Shown one piece after another: positions 1 through 15,200 of a stretch of 64,000 bases of DNA. The notes under the pieces are model-generated. The model did not search any database, was not told the DNA's origin, and saw only the letters and a list, made by a program, of their open reading frames with translations. The DNA lies in NCBI RefSeq assembly GCF_964204645.1, contig NC_134029.1, positions 7,156,850-7,220,849 on the forward strand, in the 5' to 3' direction. Each line of letters begins with the position of its first letter. The first letter of the stretch is position 1. Origin of the DNA: Tubulanus polymorphus (taxonomy: Eukaryota; Animalia; Nemertea). The translations under genes were made by a program, and so were the position numbers.

Positions 1-28
1 CGACTAGTTAACTCTGGTGATCAAAGTT

Positions 29-1793
29 GAATAAACCATTTTACAGTTGCTAGCCGCCATTTTGTTAGGGTACTTTTGTCCTGTATTGTTGGGTCATTTT
101 TTCTCTTTTTTAAAAACTATCCGTGATGTGTGTTGTATCATATTTCATCTGTCCATGGATGGATTTTGACAGTTTCAGCAACATTCAAACCGCATAAATC
201 TCTAGTTTTCAGTTATGTAAAAATCATTTTTTAAATTTGCAACAATGCGACATGAGAGCGATATAAAAATTGGCAGTCAGTTTTTTCCGTGCGCATAGAA
301 ATCCAGGGTACTGAACTTTGAAGTTCGTTATTTTCAGAAATAATTTTCTAAAAAATCCAAACATTTCAAGAACTGTGCGCATAAATGCCTCCTTTCATGT
401 GAACTTTGAAATTTTAAGATATCTTGCCTAGTTTTTTTCCCTATGGCTCTTTAACTGCAGCGCGTGTATTGTCATTCCGAGATTCGGCGCTGTTTTCTTT
501 GCGTGTATTTCAGTATATGGGTGTTATTTTTCATTCTTACTACACTTGTTTCTACGGAAAATGGTTTTAATTGTTGGTACGAGTATCAGGTTTTAATATT
601 ACGTCATTTATGCAATAATAGATCGAAGACATTTGAGATGTTGGAGTTTAAGGGATTTTTTTGACCAGTTTTAGCAGTGAGACTGAGCGGCATTTTGATC
701 ACGTATTCGAAGTTGCGCGCGGGAAGAGAATATATGGGCCTATATTGAGATGGAAGAAGAAAAGAAATATAACACTCAAAATCGAGTATGATGACCATTT
801 AAATCAGTAGTCTATCAATCAATTTACATAAAAATCTACTGAAATTAGATGGATGGAGAAGTGGTCAAAAAGCTGGACAAATGGGGTGGGGCAAATATTC
901 AGCTACTTTCTATGAATACTTTCTATTAAGTACACACAAGATTGATTAGCTCGGGAAGAAAATATAGGAAAACATTTTCTTGCTTTGGTGGTGAAATATC
1001 AAGTATCAAGTTCTAATGTCAGACACAGGTGATTAAAAGTAAAACGTGACATCTACCATCACAAAAACGCAAGAAGTGTGTGGATTGCATTTACAACAAA
1101 AGAGTGATATTTTGGGTTTTCTTGGGTGCCTGTACGTATGCCTCTGCCTGCTGTAAAAGCGGCTACCAATACAGCCATTACGAACTAGCGCCGGAGAACG
1201 GAATACAGTATTAATGCCGTAATATTTAAACCTGATACTCGTACCAACAATTAAAACCATTTTCCGTAGAGACAAGTGTAGTAAAAATGAAAAAAATAAC
1301 ACCCATATACTGAAATACACGCAAAGAAAACAGCGCCGAATCTCGGAATGACAATACATGCGCTGCAGGTAAAGAGCCATAGGAAAAAAACTAGGCAAGA
1401 TATCTTAACATTTCAAAGTTCACCCGAAAGAGGGCATATATGCACACAGTTCTTGAAATGCTTGGATTTTTTAGAAAATTATTTCTGAAAATAACGAACT
1501 TCAAAGTTCAGTACCCTTGATTTCTATGCGCACGGAAAAAACTGACCGCCAATTTTTATATCGCTCTCAAGTCGCATTGTTGCAAATTTGAAAAATGATT
1601 CTTACATAACTGAAAACTAGAGATTTATGCGGTTTGAATGTTGCTGAAACTGTCAAAATCCATCCATGGACAGATGAAATATGATACAACACACATCACG
1701 GATAGTTTTTAAAAAGAGAAAAAAACGACCCAACAATACAGGACAAAAGTACCCTAACAAAATGGCGGCTAGCAACTGTAAAATGGTTTATTC
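29..1793. mobile_element. Non-autonomous foldback/MITE-like element with ~580 bp terminal inverted repeats (about 29-610 and 1208-1793)
   Basis: Left arm GAATAAACCATTTTACAGTTGCTAGCCGCCATTTTGTTAGGG... is the near-perfect reverse complement of ...CCCTAACAAAATGGCGGCTAGCAACTGTAAAATGGTTTATTC. ORFs 464+ and 1033- share the same peptide because of this. The ~600 bp spacer has no recognisable ORF and no clear TSD. Confidence 0.85.
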
Positions 1794-1812
1794 TACAGAG
1801 AAGTAAGTTTCG

Positions 1813-1842
1813 GCAAGATCATGGACACTTCCATGGTAAGAT
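1813..1842. mobile_element. 16-bp CATGGA-cact-TCCATG hairpin flanked by 7-bp direct repeats (P-superfamily-like footprint)
   Basis: GCAAGAT|CATGGACACTTCCATG|GTAAGAT; the flanks match 6/7. Confidence 0.45.
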
Positions 1843-3973
1843 TTGTATGATTTCATTCTAGAAAATGAGAGAAAATGAATGCCCTTGCAATGAAAGGGAA
1901 AGAGCTTTTGGAATTTAGGTAGAATTCTTACTACGCAAGTGGCCCGTGCCTATTTTCGCTGAACATTTACTCCGACCTTCACTGAGCGCTGGAGTCGTTT
2001 CCCTATCAATCGTAGTTACGTGAAATGGTCTTTCAAAAAATCGAAATATCTTGTCTATCCGTCTTGATTTTATACGGCTTAAATAAAATGCAAATTGCTT
2101 TCGATATATGGATGATTATATGGTATCCAAGCGCGGTTACCACAACAATATACCAGCGTAGATATCGAATATCGTTAAAACTTCACATTCACGTGAAATC
2201 CACTCGAAAAATTCGTCGTCGTCTCAGCTCAATGCAGTCGAGTATAGCGAAAGTGCCACGTAGATAACCAGGTAAACATGAAGTACTATTGACTAGACGA
2301 CGTTGGATAGGGCGATAATTAGGCTCTACTTTGATATGTGACAGGCGTTCTGATATCCCTTTCCGGGTTTTCAGCGAATGAATCCGATTTCAGTTTCAAG
2401 AGGTGAGGCGAGGACACCGACGAGCCTAAACAAGGATTTCATGTGTTTCATCTCGCTATTGTGTGACGTGCATTAGGCATTAGCATCAATTGATTGGAGA
2501 ATATAGGGGTCATCACATGCATCCCCCCTAGCGGTAAAAATAAGAACTTCTTGTCTAGTCCGTGGTTATCCTTTAATATTAGGTACATGTGTATACATTT
2601 TTATCATACTCGCCTCATCCAATTAGGAGATATAGATGAACATGTATTTTTCCACGTTTTGTAAGTGGCGCTACTAGAGAGAGCAATAAGAGTTATGATA
2701 TATCATTACGAGCGTCCAATTAAGGGCTACAAAATGCATCTACAACCGCTTTTCTGTCTGATTTTGTGGTTAAGGAACACGAAGCAAAAACCTTACTTAA
2801 CTAGTAAAAAATCTCACTACCCACATTTAGCCCCGTGGAAGCCAAACGTGCATCGTAATAAATACATGGACTCCGATAAATTTCGGGTTGTTACGATCAA
2901 CTTCCGTGGTCGCACTGAAAACTCGAAATATGAAAAATCTTCTAGCAGTAATTTTTCTCTGTCAAAAATTCAAAACGTTATGTCCCGAGTGTAGAATACG
3001 ACGGGGTAATAGTTCAAGGGTGTAGGAACATATTCTCGGTTCTTTATTTTGACTTGACCAACTGACTATAGGCCTACATAGGTGACATAGTTGATAGGAC
3101 GACTGGCCGACCAGAAGCTTTAAAACTGCTGTTACTCGTGAAATCGTCCTGGAGACGTTATTTCTTTTCCCTTTTTACATAAGTTAGTGGCTCCAATAAT
3201 AATGGCTATTTAATTTCGATTAAATGATTGTGATAATTTTCTTTTTATCTTTCATGACTATTTCTTTTATTGAACTGTTACAACTATCCAACTAACGCAT
3301 CGATCTAACGTTTACGAATCACGATCAATCTTCAATTGAAGTTACACCATTGCCAGCTATTTATGAAAGCAGATCTTGTTGGGAATTAATGTTTTACGAC
3401 GTTCCCGGCAACGATGACGTAAAAATTAACGGGTCATCTTCTTAAATAAGCTGATTTACAGAAACTGCCCTGAAGGAGGCTTTGGGGAGCGTTATGACGG
3501 ATAGATCTCTTTAGGTGCGATAATCGGCGGGTCGAATTCTGAGAGTGTTGTTAACAAACGCGTCTTCGCGCAAAATCGATGCGATATTTACATCTAAATA
3601 TCGTGTCTGATCGATGTTATTATTCAGTTATTCGCGCAGAGGAAATTACCAGTCGCTCTTCGTCCCGCACAACTCGCGCAGTAAAATTCAACTGAACAGG
3701 TTCTGAAAATGCATGAACCGATGGCCGGGTTGAACGTATTGTGTAGATTGGAAATTAACTTTCGATCCTCGGCAGTTGAATGCGTATCGAATACAACATG
3801 TATCAGCGGCATACAATATTGACATACGGGAATTATTCATTATCTATACCGGCGCGTCAATTCGACGTTTTATTTTGTCCATCGTCCATTGAGTTGGAAA
3901 GATGGACATTTGAAAGTAGCTGTGACGCTATGGTGGCTGATTCGTGCCATTCTGAAAAATCTTTCTGTACGGC

Positions 3974-4133
3974 TAGAGGCACGATGGAAAATTTTTAAGT
4001 TGGCCCATTTTTTGTTTTCTCGCGCGAGAAAACAAAACATCTTGGTTTTTCCCGAGAAAGCCAAAATTTTTGAATTCTCGCGCGAGAAAACAAAAAATCG
4101 GACCAACGTAAAAATATGTCTATCAAGCCTCTA
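3974..4133. mobile_element. Palindromic MITE (TAGAGGC...GCCTCTA) with internal TTCTCGCGCGAGAA palindromes
   Basis: The two halves are imperfect reverse complements; similar motifs occur at about 12400-12590. Confidence 0.7.
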
Positions 4134-4498
4134 ACCGAACAGAAAGATTTTTTATTATGGCCGAATCAGCAGCCACCATAGCAACGCAATTTGTGCGCCG
4201 CATACTCTCCTGATTTCGTAGGATCGCCGGGAAAATAGATATGCGACAGCCTTTCCAAAACGGGTAATGCGTTAAACAAAAGCTACGTACAGTATAAACA
4301 TCTTAGAATATGTTTAAAAAGAAAATCTGCTCTGAGAAGAGACCCCGTAAAAATCAAGCTGAATGATGAAAGAAGAACCACGGAATATTCAGCCCGACGA
4401 GCATCAACTATAGATAGACCTAATTTTTGCGAAACAAAAATTGTGCAGAAAATTCAAATAAAAATTTCTTTTGTTATCTTTTGTTATCAATATCCAAA

Positions 4499-4555
4499 CG
4501 ACGTATCCAGACGTCGATAGAAAATAGCGACGTATCCAGACGTCGATAGAAAATA
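4499..4555. repeat. Tandem duplication of a 28-bp unit (period 29)
   Basis: CGACGTATCCAGACGTCGATAGAAAATA occurs twice. Confidence 0.9.
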
Positions 4556-4837
4556 ACCCAGTACAGTATTTCAGAATAGAAAAATCCCGACGATGCTGCC
4601 TTTTCAAAGATGTTCTCGTGGGGTAAATCGGTTTGCGCAGATGAAACGGTTTTGTTTTCGCTCGTAGATGTTTTGCTTTGCGAGTAGGCTTTGAGGCTTT
4701 GTTTGTTATACGGAGGAGCTTTGTTTTTTTCTTTCCCCGCGAACGCGAATAGAACGGCGCCGCGAAATAGCTCATTCATTATTTAGAGGAGAGAAGCATT
4801 TATCTGTTATCATATTAGTATCGTTAAATGAATTATT

Positions 4838-5337
<500 letters not shown>

Positions 5338-6269
5338 TGTATATATTATAACCATACCCATACCTTTAACCATACCCTTCGAATAAAAACGGAAAGGCAT
5401 AACGTCTGCGGGCTTTTTTTAGAGAAAGCGGTGAATCTATACATGATCTATACACAAAATCGAAACTGCCATCGCGGACTCGATCATTAAATATTCATAA
5501 ATCCGCGCAATCATCGATCGTGTTTAATATTGGAATAAAGATATTCAGTCGAAACTTTCCATCTAATATTCAAAGCTAGACATCTACAAATACGTTTCCG
5601 ACAATGTTTAGTTGCACGGTGATTGCGTATGCATATTTTATGGCGTCGATATGTAAAGAGCGTCACGTTGGTGATGAAATGAGAAAACTTGGTCTGAAAT
5701 GGAAAAATTCTCTAATCCTTAAAAGAAAAGAACTGCTGTCGTTGTCGCACAGAAGAATATTGTAAAGAAATAGAAGTTCTTCCTGTGAGGTGATCATCGA
5801 TTGATTAGATAGCGTAAGGTTGTTTGTTTTCATTTCGTTTCTGGACAAACGGAATATAAAGAAACGTCGACTCAAGATGTGCTCATCAGCGATTCGAATT
5901 CGTACCCGCGGGAAAGGCGATGATTCAAATCGACGCTACATATCGACGACACAGATTAGATAATTTGGCTATGATGTTGTTTATCAAAATCAACGCCTCT
6001 GCATTTTAAACACGCGGGATAATAATAATCTAATTCATGAGGCGAATTCCGCTCGAAAGCGAAATCTCGTAACTGACAATTATTTTGAATGATCGCAAAT
6101 GATGCCGCCATGCGCCAGTTTAATGCGACGAGCTAAAATCGACACAATCCGATTCTCTCCGGCGGCGAGTTTGTACTGTTCACGCTAAACCCGTCATCGT
6201 AATTTCTAAGGATAATGGGAATACATTCGCTTATCTCTCATTTACACCGGCACGACAGGATTGATATTC

Positions 6270-6271
<2 letters not shown>

Positions 6272-6336
<65 letters not shown>
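6272..6336. repeat. (TA)n microsatellite
   Basis: Direct reading. Confidence 0.99.
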
Positions 6337-6339
<3 letters not shown>

Positions 6340-9272
6340 CCCCATTTGTTTATCGGTATAAAATGCGTATTGACGTCTGCTTAATGGCGGGTCGAATTCT
6401 AGGTCGATCCCCTATACAGTGTCAAGAAGGTGCAGTAATGAAGCCATATTGTCCACTGGGAGAGGCAGGATGTTGCCCGTTATTCCTTATATCATATCCT
6501 CGCATCTTTCCCAACAACACCTTCGAATCGATGCGTTGAATGGTGATATAATGATATCGTTAATCTATACATCGTGAATTGTTGCTTCGTCAGAATATCT
6601 CGACATGGCGATAGAAATGGCTTCATTTCTTCAACCAACACTGTGCTCCACATTCACCGTCCCGAAAACGCGGTTTCTCACAGCAAAGATTGTTGATTAT
6701 TCATTCAACTATCTTGATTTATGATTGATGAACATCGAAACTTTCAGTTTCATATATCTATGCATGAAGTATTTATAGCATCGCTTGTTCATAAAATGTC
6801 CATACTAATAGGCCACAAAGATCGAAGCGTCGGTATATCTAATGAATGGGTTGCATATTCTGGCAGAGTCACCGGCATTTTTTCGACTACCTCGTTATCT
6901 AGTTATCTTTAAAACGACTGCGCTGTTCGGTAAATAAGCATTTCCACGTCACGGCAGTATCTGGTGTCGTGAAGTCGTAAGACAGTGCTGCCTAGACAGG
7001 ATTCATTACACGCTCCGTCGCTACGTAACAAACAATTGTCTGGAAATTTGTCAATCACGCTAACCGAGAGAGGACCGCGCATAGGGCGCGTTGATCGATA
7101 CCGACAGACTTCTCTTCATAAAATTGGATGAGCCGGATACGGTCCCATCGATTCGCCGTATTGAATACCCGCGTGTTTCCAAGACAACATACCAAATCAC
7201 CCCTGCAGTGGCGTGAAAATCGTTAACTAACCCCTGATTTACTCTTGACCCGAACAGGACAGGACAAAATTAATGGCCGTATTTGAGATTTCTCTCCGAA
7301 TCTCCCGTTCAAATGATAACAAGAAAATTAACCTGTTCAATATATTTACTACATATATACTACAATGATGATTTAAAGTTGTTTACGAATTTTGTTAACA
7401 CGAAAGTTGAGATTTTCACCGAAAATGTCTGATCAATAATTTTGTAATCAAAATATGAAATAAAACATTATTAAATACACGAGATTGATGCGTAATTAAA
7501 AATCGTAAACATAGGCGAAAATAAGATGAAATGGTTAGTCACGAACCGTAAATTGAATACCGCGTAGGATTTAGATAATTGGGGTGTGTCTTATTCCCTG
7601 GGATAGGTTATATAGTCTCCCGGGAAGACGCAGTAGCGTTTATCGCCGGCGCTTATCCAATCGATCGTATTATGACAATTTGGAATGTCGTATATTTGAA
7701 ATGCAATTCATCAACGCAACAACAGGCGTTTGATCTATATACACCGCAGAGAGAGAGGTGATCGAATTTCTGCGTATGATATTACACTATCATATACCCC
7801 GATTACTGTTCCTCTGATTATGTAATAATGATATTATCATCAGATATTTACCATTGATTTTCGGTACGGATTTCGATACGAGCGAATGAATGACTTTCAA
7901 TATGACCGAATATTCGCGTAGAGTCGATACGCTTTCGGCGAGCGAAATCAAAAGGAGCTTGGTTTTGGTTCGTTTAGTTACCTAAACGTTGGTGGTAAGC
8001 TTTAATAATCGGACGGTCTTAAAAATATCCGTTCGCGAAACTTAACCACACAGACAGGTTACTGACTTGGTTTTGGTATGTCCACTTCGACTGGTCCGGA
8101 AAATAGATTTACTCGGCTCATGGCGAATACGGAATTTCGGGCGGGGGAAGTGTACAAGCGGTAATGGTGATTTAGTCCTCTAGTGGGAAATAAAGCTTCA
8201 TCACCGTGATAAGTCTCTGTATCCCTCCGACACGTGCGGAGTTTGTTTACGTCCACCGGATTTCATATTCGTACGTACATTGTTAACTCACGTTTTCTGG
8301 CTATTAATTACGCGTTGGTAAATTGTATCGTTAATCTTCCGGTGGAAGCGTACTTCCGCTAGGCCTATCCTATATCAGTCAATATAGGTGTATAGTATAG
8401 CACATCCTTTATTTCTGTCTCTACAGTGTGGTTACTGGTAAACGAAATAGAATATATATTGAATGTATCAGTCGTTTTTCGAGATAAGGGATTCGTTATA
8501 TCTATTCATTTCATTTATCTATCTTATATTTCATTCATTACCTTGTGGCCAGTTCTATTCAGAATTGTATGCTCTTTTCGATAAGATATGATTCGAGCGT
8601 ATGACGCTTGCATGTCATATAACAGCATTATATAGAAGAGTTGATTTCTAATTTTGGTATGTACTTAATCGAACTCGTACATCGGTATCATGATTACTTC
8701 TTACTTTGCTTTGCCGCACTCTGGGGAGATGTAACATCCGAGCGATACCTCAATGATACCAATACTACGCTCAATCAAACGGTATTGATAGACAAATCTG
8801 TTTAATTGGGCGTTTCATTTTTCCTATCACATGCATGGATATAGACATTCTCGCTTGCCTCCCAACGAGGCTCACGCTCACACAAACCCTTGCCGCAAAC
8901 CCTTCATTAGTTTATTCCGTTGCCCAAGATTACTTGGGTGGACCGGTAGCCGCTAAGCGACCACTAGTCTATATATCAAACCAATCAGATCATGTTGTTT
9001 TCCACGCATCTGATTAGCTAGATATGTAGACTGGTGGACACTTATCGGCAACTTGTCCATCCAAGGTGTATTGGGCTCTGAATACACCAATGAATATTTT
9101 TGGCCAAGGTCTGTCTTGGCGTGAGCTTCGGTGGGCGACAATCAAACCCTGTCCAGCAAGTTGAGAATTGAAGAATTGAAAATATCTCATCGATTAAAAC
9201 AGTGTATAATGTGTATAGTCAAATATGGTTTGAATTCTTTCAGGTGCGTGCTGAATCCAGAACGCTGAATGA

Positions 9273-12200
9273 ATGACTACAGAAAATGGATTGCAGCCAT
9301 CGATAGGCCCTCTTCGACGTCTGTCCATACTATCACTGAGATCGCGCAATTCTGTGCATATATCACAAGAGGAACTTCTCCTGCTAGATGACTGCAAACG
9401 GGTGAGACATACATACATCAAATCATTTATTCTGTGTTGGTAAACGATTTCGTGTTGCGACAGAATATAGAAATGTGTGACACGTAACAAGTCGATAACA
9501 AACGATGCCTTGATGAACAAAACCAACAGTTGATGATTTGACAATTAATTTTTTCTGACAGGTTCGAGGTTTTGTCGAAAATTCATCATGGGAGAAATGA
9601 AAATAGTTTTTCATTTCGCTCATGGTGAAGTTTAATACACAAAACTTCGAACTTGTCTGAAAATAAATTGCCTAATCATCAACTGTTGGCTTTGTTCATT
9701 AAAGGCATCGTTGCCATAAATGTCTATATTCTGTCAGATTTTGGTGATTTACGGACGAGGATTTCTACCTCGTCGAAGGGAACGACCACCACACGAAATC
9801 CATTGAATATTACACCGAGTCTGCGGTAATTTATTGTTTCCGCTGCCGATGATGAATTATTCTTGCTTCACCAAGCAATTATCGGCCAATGACCCGACCG
9901 TAAGCGATTCTCAACGATCCGTCCCAGAATACAACCATATGTCGCCACACTGGGATTTGTTTTCGTCGGCAATAAATGCGGTCAGGGCCCCAGTACGATT
10001 ACTGCCTGCGTTCTGATTGCAGTCAATCATAAGTCAACGAATCGAGCAGTAGCTCTCGAGATTTGATGGTTTTGACGGAAACTCGCTTCAACCTGTGGAA
10101 CGCATCAGATTTTGCAATTAATGCTACGGTTTATATCGTTGTTACTGCACCACATAGCTGCTAGGTTAAAGATATTAACGGTTGTTAATATACCATACCC
10201 GGTCTATATAATCGGTATACAATATTTTATGATGTATTAACCGTTTCCACCAGGATTGTGCTTAAAACTGGTAACCGATAAGATGTAATTTTTGAAGAGG
10301 AAAAAACGGTCTTATTGTGATATAATACATTCACGTAAATGTACCAGTCACATCAGGTTCGAAACCCCGACAATAAACGATTTTTAATTTCCAAAGGTTT
10401 GTATATTAATAATGCTGCTAGGCAGAAAACCCGTTATCGTTATAACGAGTTCTATATTACCCGCGTATGAAATATAAGTCCGTCGACAACTTTACCCGGA
10501 ACACCCGCAAGCGACAGATATGATTGTATCTGGGAATATGATACAAAACATAAACAAAATGAATGAGCCAAGCCCTTGTGTTCTATTTTAGGGAACTCTG
10601 TCGTACGGCACGGCGATGATCCGTGACAATCTCATATCATAGTCTCGGTATCAATTTTGAATTGATCTAGAATCAATTAATATGTACGCAAGACAGCGAT
10701 ATTTTGGAAATACGAAGATATCATGTACATCACACACAAAAAAAAAACATTTAAGATGCGCGCAATATATAGACAAAAAGCGGAATTTTCAAATATTTTG
10801 TAATGAGGTTTAATATCATAGAGATAACCGTTTCAATGATCGCAGCAAATTCTAGCTGCTCCAATCAAGGGAAAATTTTAGATCTACGCGTAATAAGGTT
10901 CCAACAACATTAAGCCTTCGGTTCAAATCACCAGGTAAAATCGACAGAAATAGCCAACTGTCACATTCGTCTGTTCATCTGACACGTGCCGAGTTCTAAT
11001 TTACTGCACTTTCATTGATTATTGACCGGTGAGTTTAGAAAGGTTATAGCCGATTATTGGTGAAATAAATGATATCATTTTGGCAATAATCTTATCACGA
11101 TCGAGGAATGCTTGGCTCACGGACGCGCGTGACCAACACATCTTACGAACGAGGCCGCAGAGAAATTCGTCTCGTATTTTGCCCCCGTTATTGCAAACAA
11201 GAATGTCGATCATCAGTTACCAACTGATGACAGAGAGGGGGCGGGGAGGGAAAACAGTGAGTGGGGGTAGTAAAACATAACACAATCAATCAGAAAATCA
11301 ATGACTGAAATTTACCAATCATCCGACCAAATAACAGCCCATCAATCAATTTAATCATTACTCAGCCTGACTGCTAGATTTTCATTTCCCTATCGCGTCT
11401 TTTATATTTCCGATATCGGTAACAAGCGTTTAACGTACATAAACTTGTGTAATATTCTCCGATAGAATGATTCTATTTGATTCTATTTGATAAAGATATT
11501 GCCCAATTTTTGCCGCCGAATATGTAAAAGATATATGAAACGGTAAGCGGCATTGAATCTGCGGCGTATATATAATAGACATTCCTATAGACCTTACCGC
11601 CTATAAACTCGGATTGATTAGAAAATGTTCTTCTAGAGCTTGATTTAATAGTCTAAATATTATTAAGGTAATTATTGTATCTTATTTGATCATAATCAGC
11701 CCTTTTGCAAAGCGGTTGTGTGCCGCGGGGAGCGCGAACAGAATTTTCTACCCATTTAACCATAAGGTCATTCCTAACTCTATACAGTGGCTCCCTGATT
11801 TCAATCGATTTCTTTCTTTTTTTAGATGGTTAAGGAGATAAACCGACGGGTAGCGACGTTCAGAGATGTGCTCGTTTCAGTCGGAAGCGTCGAACGAGAC
11901 TCGACTCAGGTCAGGGAAGAACTCGCCAAGCTCAGAAAGCAATGTATAGATTTGTGTAGGAAAGCGAAGACGAGAATGTTGCCGACAGTTCGCAGGTACA
12001 AATGAATGATACACGATAAATATTCATTGGTAAGGTGTTGCGGTACCTTTGAATGAAAGCTGACCTTTTTAACTAGTATATATATATATACGTTTCTTTC
12101 CCAGCAAGCATAGACATTAGTTTATAGACAATTTCTGGATTGTTTGGATTACTAATTTCCCAAAGGTGGCCATAGCTTAGTCCATCAGCAACATTGGACA

Positions 12201-15200
12201 CCAATCATGTCGTTTGCTCGGTAATTTTTATTTGAACATTTCATTGCTCAATAAGCACGGTATGGTAACGAAACTCTTACTCCACCGGCGTATAATATAA
12301 TACCAAAGTTGCCAATCGTCAGCTTCAAGAGTCGGAAGCCCTCTGGAAGCATTCTCCCGTCGGATATCACAGCGTTGCTCTCGGGACGAGTTGGTGGCTA
12401 ATTCGGGTCACACCGAATTTTTCGACCATCAAAAATCTGAAGACAAATTTGATAGCGAGAGAAAAAAAATATTTACTTGAGAAAACAATAATTTATTAAC
12501 ATATTTTTTACAAATCATTTTGCTTTCTCGCGTTATTGGTGGGGTGAGAAAACAAGTTATTTTGTTTTCTCGCCTGAAATATTTGAGAGAGAAGAGTCAA
12601 CTAAGTTAGCTACTGCCGTAAAATACTCAAACTATAATTCCTAAACAAATACTTCGCGAGTCTCTTCGTGTTCCAGAATCGTTGCTTTGAAATATCGGCT
12701 GTGTATAACGAGATACGACTTACACGATTTATACCACGGTGAATGTATACATATAACGCATGATTGCTATATCCGACATTACCCGTCGCATAAGAGATGT
12801 TTTCGGATCGGACAAGCAATAATTCTACGCTCTTTCTCATCTCGTGTATAGCTGTAATTTATACATGTTTACCAGTAACCTACAATAATTGCCGATCAGA
12901 ATGTCTCGGCGTGCCGCAAATACCTATTGAAGCGCTTCTTCCGCATCGCATATAGAAAGAAATTCGACATTACAAAGATATATAACGAGATTCCCTCAAT
13001 AATGACGAAAAAATAAAGTCCGAAGATGCTTCCTTGAGCTGGTAGTTTATTCGACGTTTCGACTAGGAATATTGAGTTACAACAGAAAATTATGAAATAT
13101 GTATATACAATCCAGAACAAAGAGACTAATGAAAGTAATTACGAGTAATAAAAACTGAGGAATGATATAACATAGAAACAGTTACCAGCTAAAATGAATA
13201 CAACGAGACAAGTGATAGTAAACGTTTATTTGACGCACGAGCTTTCGCTATAAATGTATAGTAGCTTCAGCAGGTGAACACATTTTCGGACTTGATGTTT
13301 TCCGTCATTATTGGGGGATTCTCGTTATATTATTGTCACAACACGGGTATCGTGTCTACGGAGCCCTTTCGAACGAAAAGATTATTTCGTTTTCGAACGA
13401 AAAAGAAATTATTTATTTCTTTCTCACCATGTCCCCTCCGGGGCTCCGTAAGTGTCTTATTAATCGTGATCGACATTACAAAATATCCTGAAGATGACAA
13501 TTAGGTTATAGTCGAAATGTCGAATCAATAGATTATTAGCTTTAAGGAAACTTTCTCGTTACATCAGTGTGGGATTCTCTATAATATATCGACATATCAC
13601 GCGGGTTCTTTCACGCGAAGTCCAGACGTATTTAATTTCTATCATGAAGCGTCGACGCGAAAATCCAATCAATAAATTGCAAACTCAACCTGTAAAGACT
13701 CTTTGGGATAAGTCTTGGATTCTTATAAGGTTTCTTTCGAATCCTGGCATTCCTGGTAATCTATACGACTGTTTGTGAATTTGGCAACGAGCGTTTGTTT
13801 GATTTCACCGTCCTCCAATCATCGTTAGTTTCGATAAAAAGATTTCCATGTATATAAATGATTCTTGCATCACTTGAACTGGTGCAAACACTGTTTTCCC
13901 ATACGTTCGGTATACTCCAGAATGAATAAGAAAAATAGTATTAAATAGTAGCATTTCACTGGGGTTGGTCAGATACATGTGACGATCAGGAAAATTGGAA
14001 CCCTTTAACCAATTTACCGGCTTGAATGTCCGAGTTGACCGGTAAGGATGAGTCTTTGATATTCATTTGGTATACACGAATCGTCCGATATTCATTTCTC
14101 GTATACGAATTCATTAATCAATCCAAGGCCGAATGCGAGCGATCGCCTCATTTTCTTCTCTCGGAGATTATATCTATACATATACACAGCCCGGGTTACC
14201 TGGTGAATTAATCATTTCAGACGCGTTTTCGGCACCGAAATCTGACACTAATATCTTGAAAAGGTTCTCGGTGGCCTGTCGGCAATATGATCCAAGGTAA
14301 TCCGCCGTATTATCGTCGATAACTCGATCGACTGTTATCTCGGAGACTAACGACAATTTGATAGTTGGTAATTTTTCTCGGCGCCGAAGGACGTTTGTCA
14401 GCAGTCAGCGACATTATCTTTACTCGGCTCCTTCGCGCCAAAACAGCGGTAGGCCAGGAAACAGGACAGACACATTTTACGAATTTATTCTGGTTTATAT
14501 TCAAATTCCTGGCGTTGTTCACGCCCGCAGGAGCGCATCTAGGAAATTTTGAAGGCCGGGGGCAGAAGAAAAGAAAAGGCATTTCTCGGATAAAGCAGCC
14601 ATCTCAAGGGCCTCTAGCGGGATTCCATCCTCGGTGTTAAGATACTTTTGAAGAGATGCCTCCTAATATAAAAGATGCAAATTCCGAGAGAATGAGTATC
14701 AAATGTGCAAGTTATATCTTTGTCTTGACGAAAAGAACAGTGTAAAGGCTGGGGCCAGACACTGGAGACCACCACTTTAATCCGCCCATGATCCCCGACT
14801 GTTTTGGTCAGAATCCCCGTTTCAGATGTTCAAGAGAAAAATTGCTCGTTTCTGTACTTCGGAATCTCAACCCAAAACGTATCTCGATTTATATACATCA
14901 TGATTAGTCATTCTCGTATCGTTTCAGTACGACACAAGAACAGAACGAACAACTTTACAAGTATTTCAATCAATTTGTGATGTGTGTACAGCTATTCCAC
15001 AATGAGTTGAAGATATCGTATTCACTGGTCAAATCATTTCCGGTACATTTACCCGCCGACCAGACGACCGATTCGAAGACACCCGGTTGCTCTGATAGGC
15101 CATCAACAGCGAAAACAAGCCAACAGAGTAAAGACGTGCCAAGTAAGTAAAATAGACTGTCACTACATTCCCCTAATTCAGGTCCCCTAATATCTTGTTT

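Noticed and set aside
464-1398. Duplicated hydrophobic ORFs on opposite strands
   Set aside because: By-product of the inverted repeat; the frames diverge between the two arms.
14358-14640. Overlapping short ORFs in R7BP-like intron 2
   Set aside because: No recognisable similarity; exons 2 and 3 already join in phase without them.
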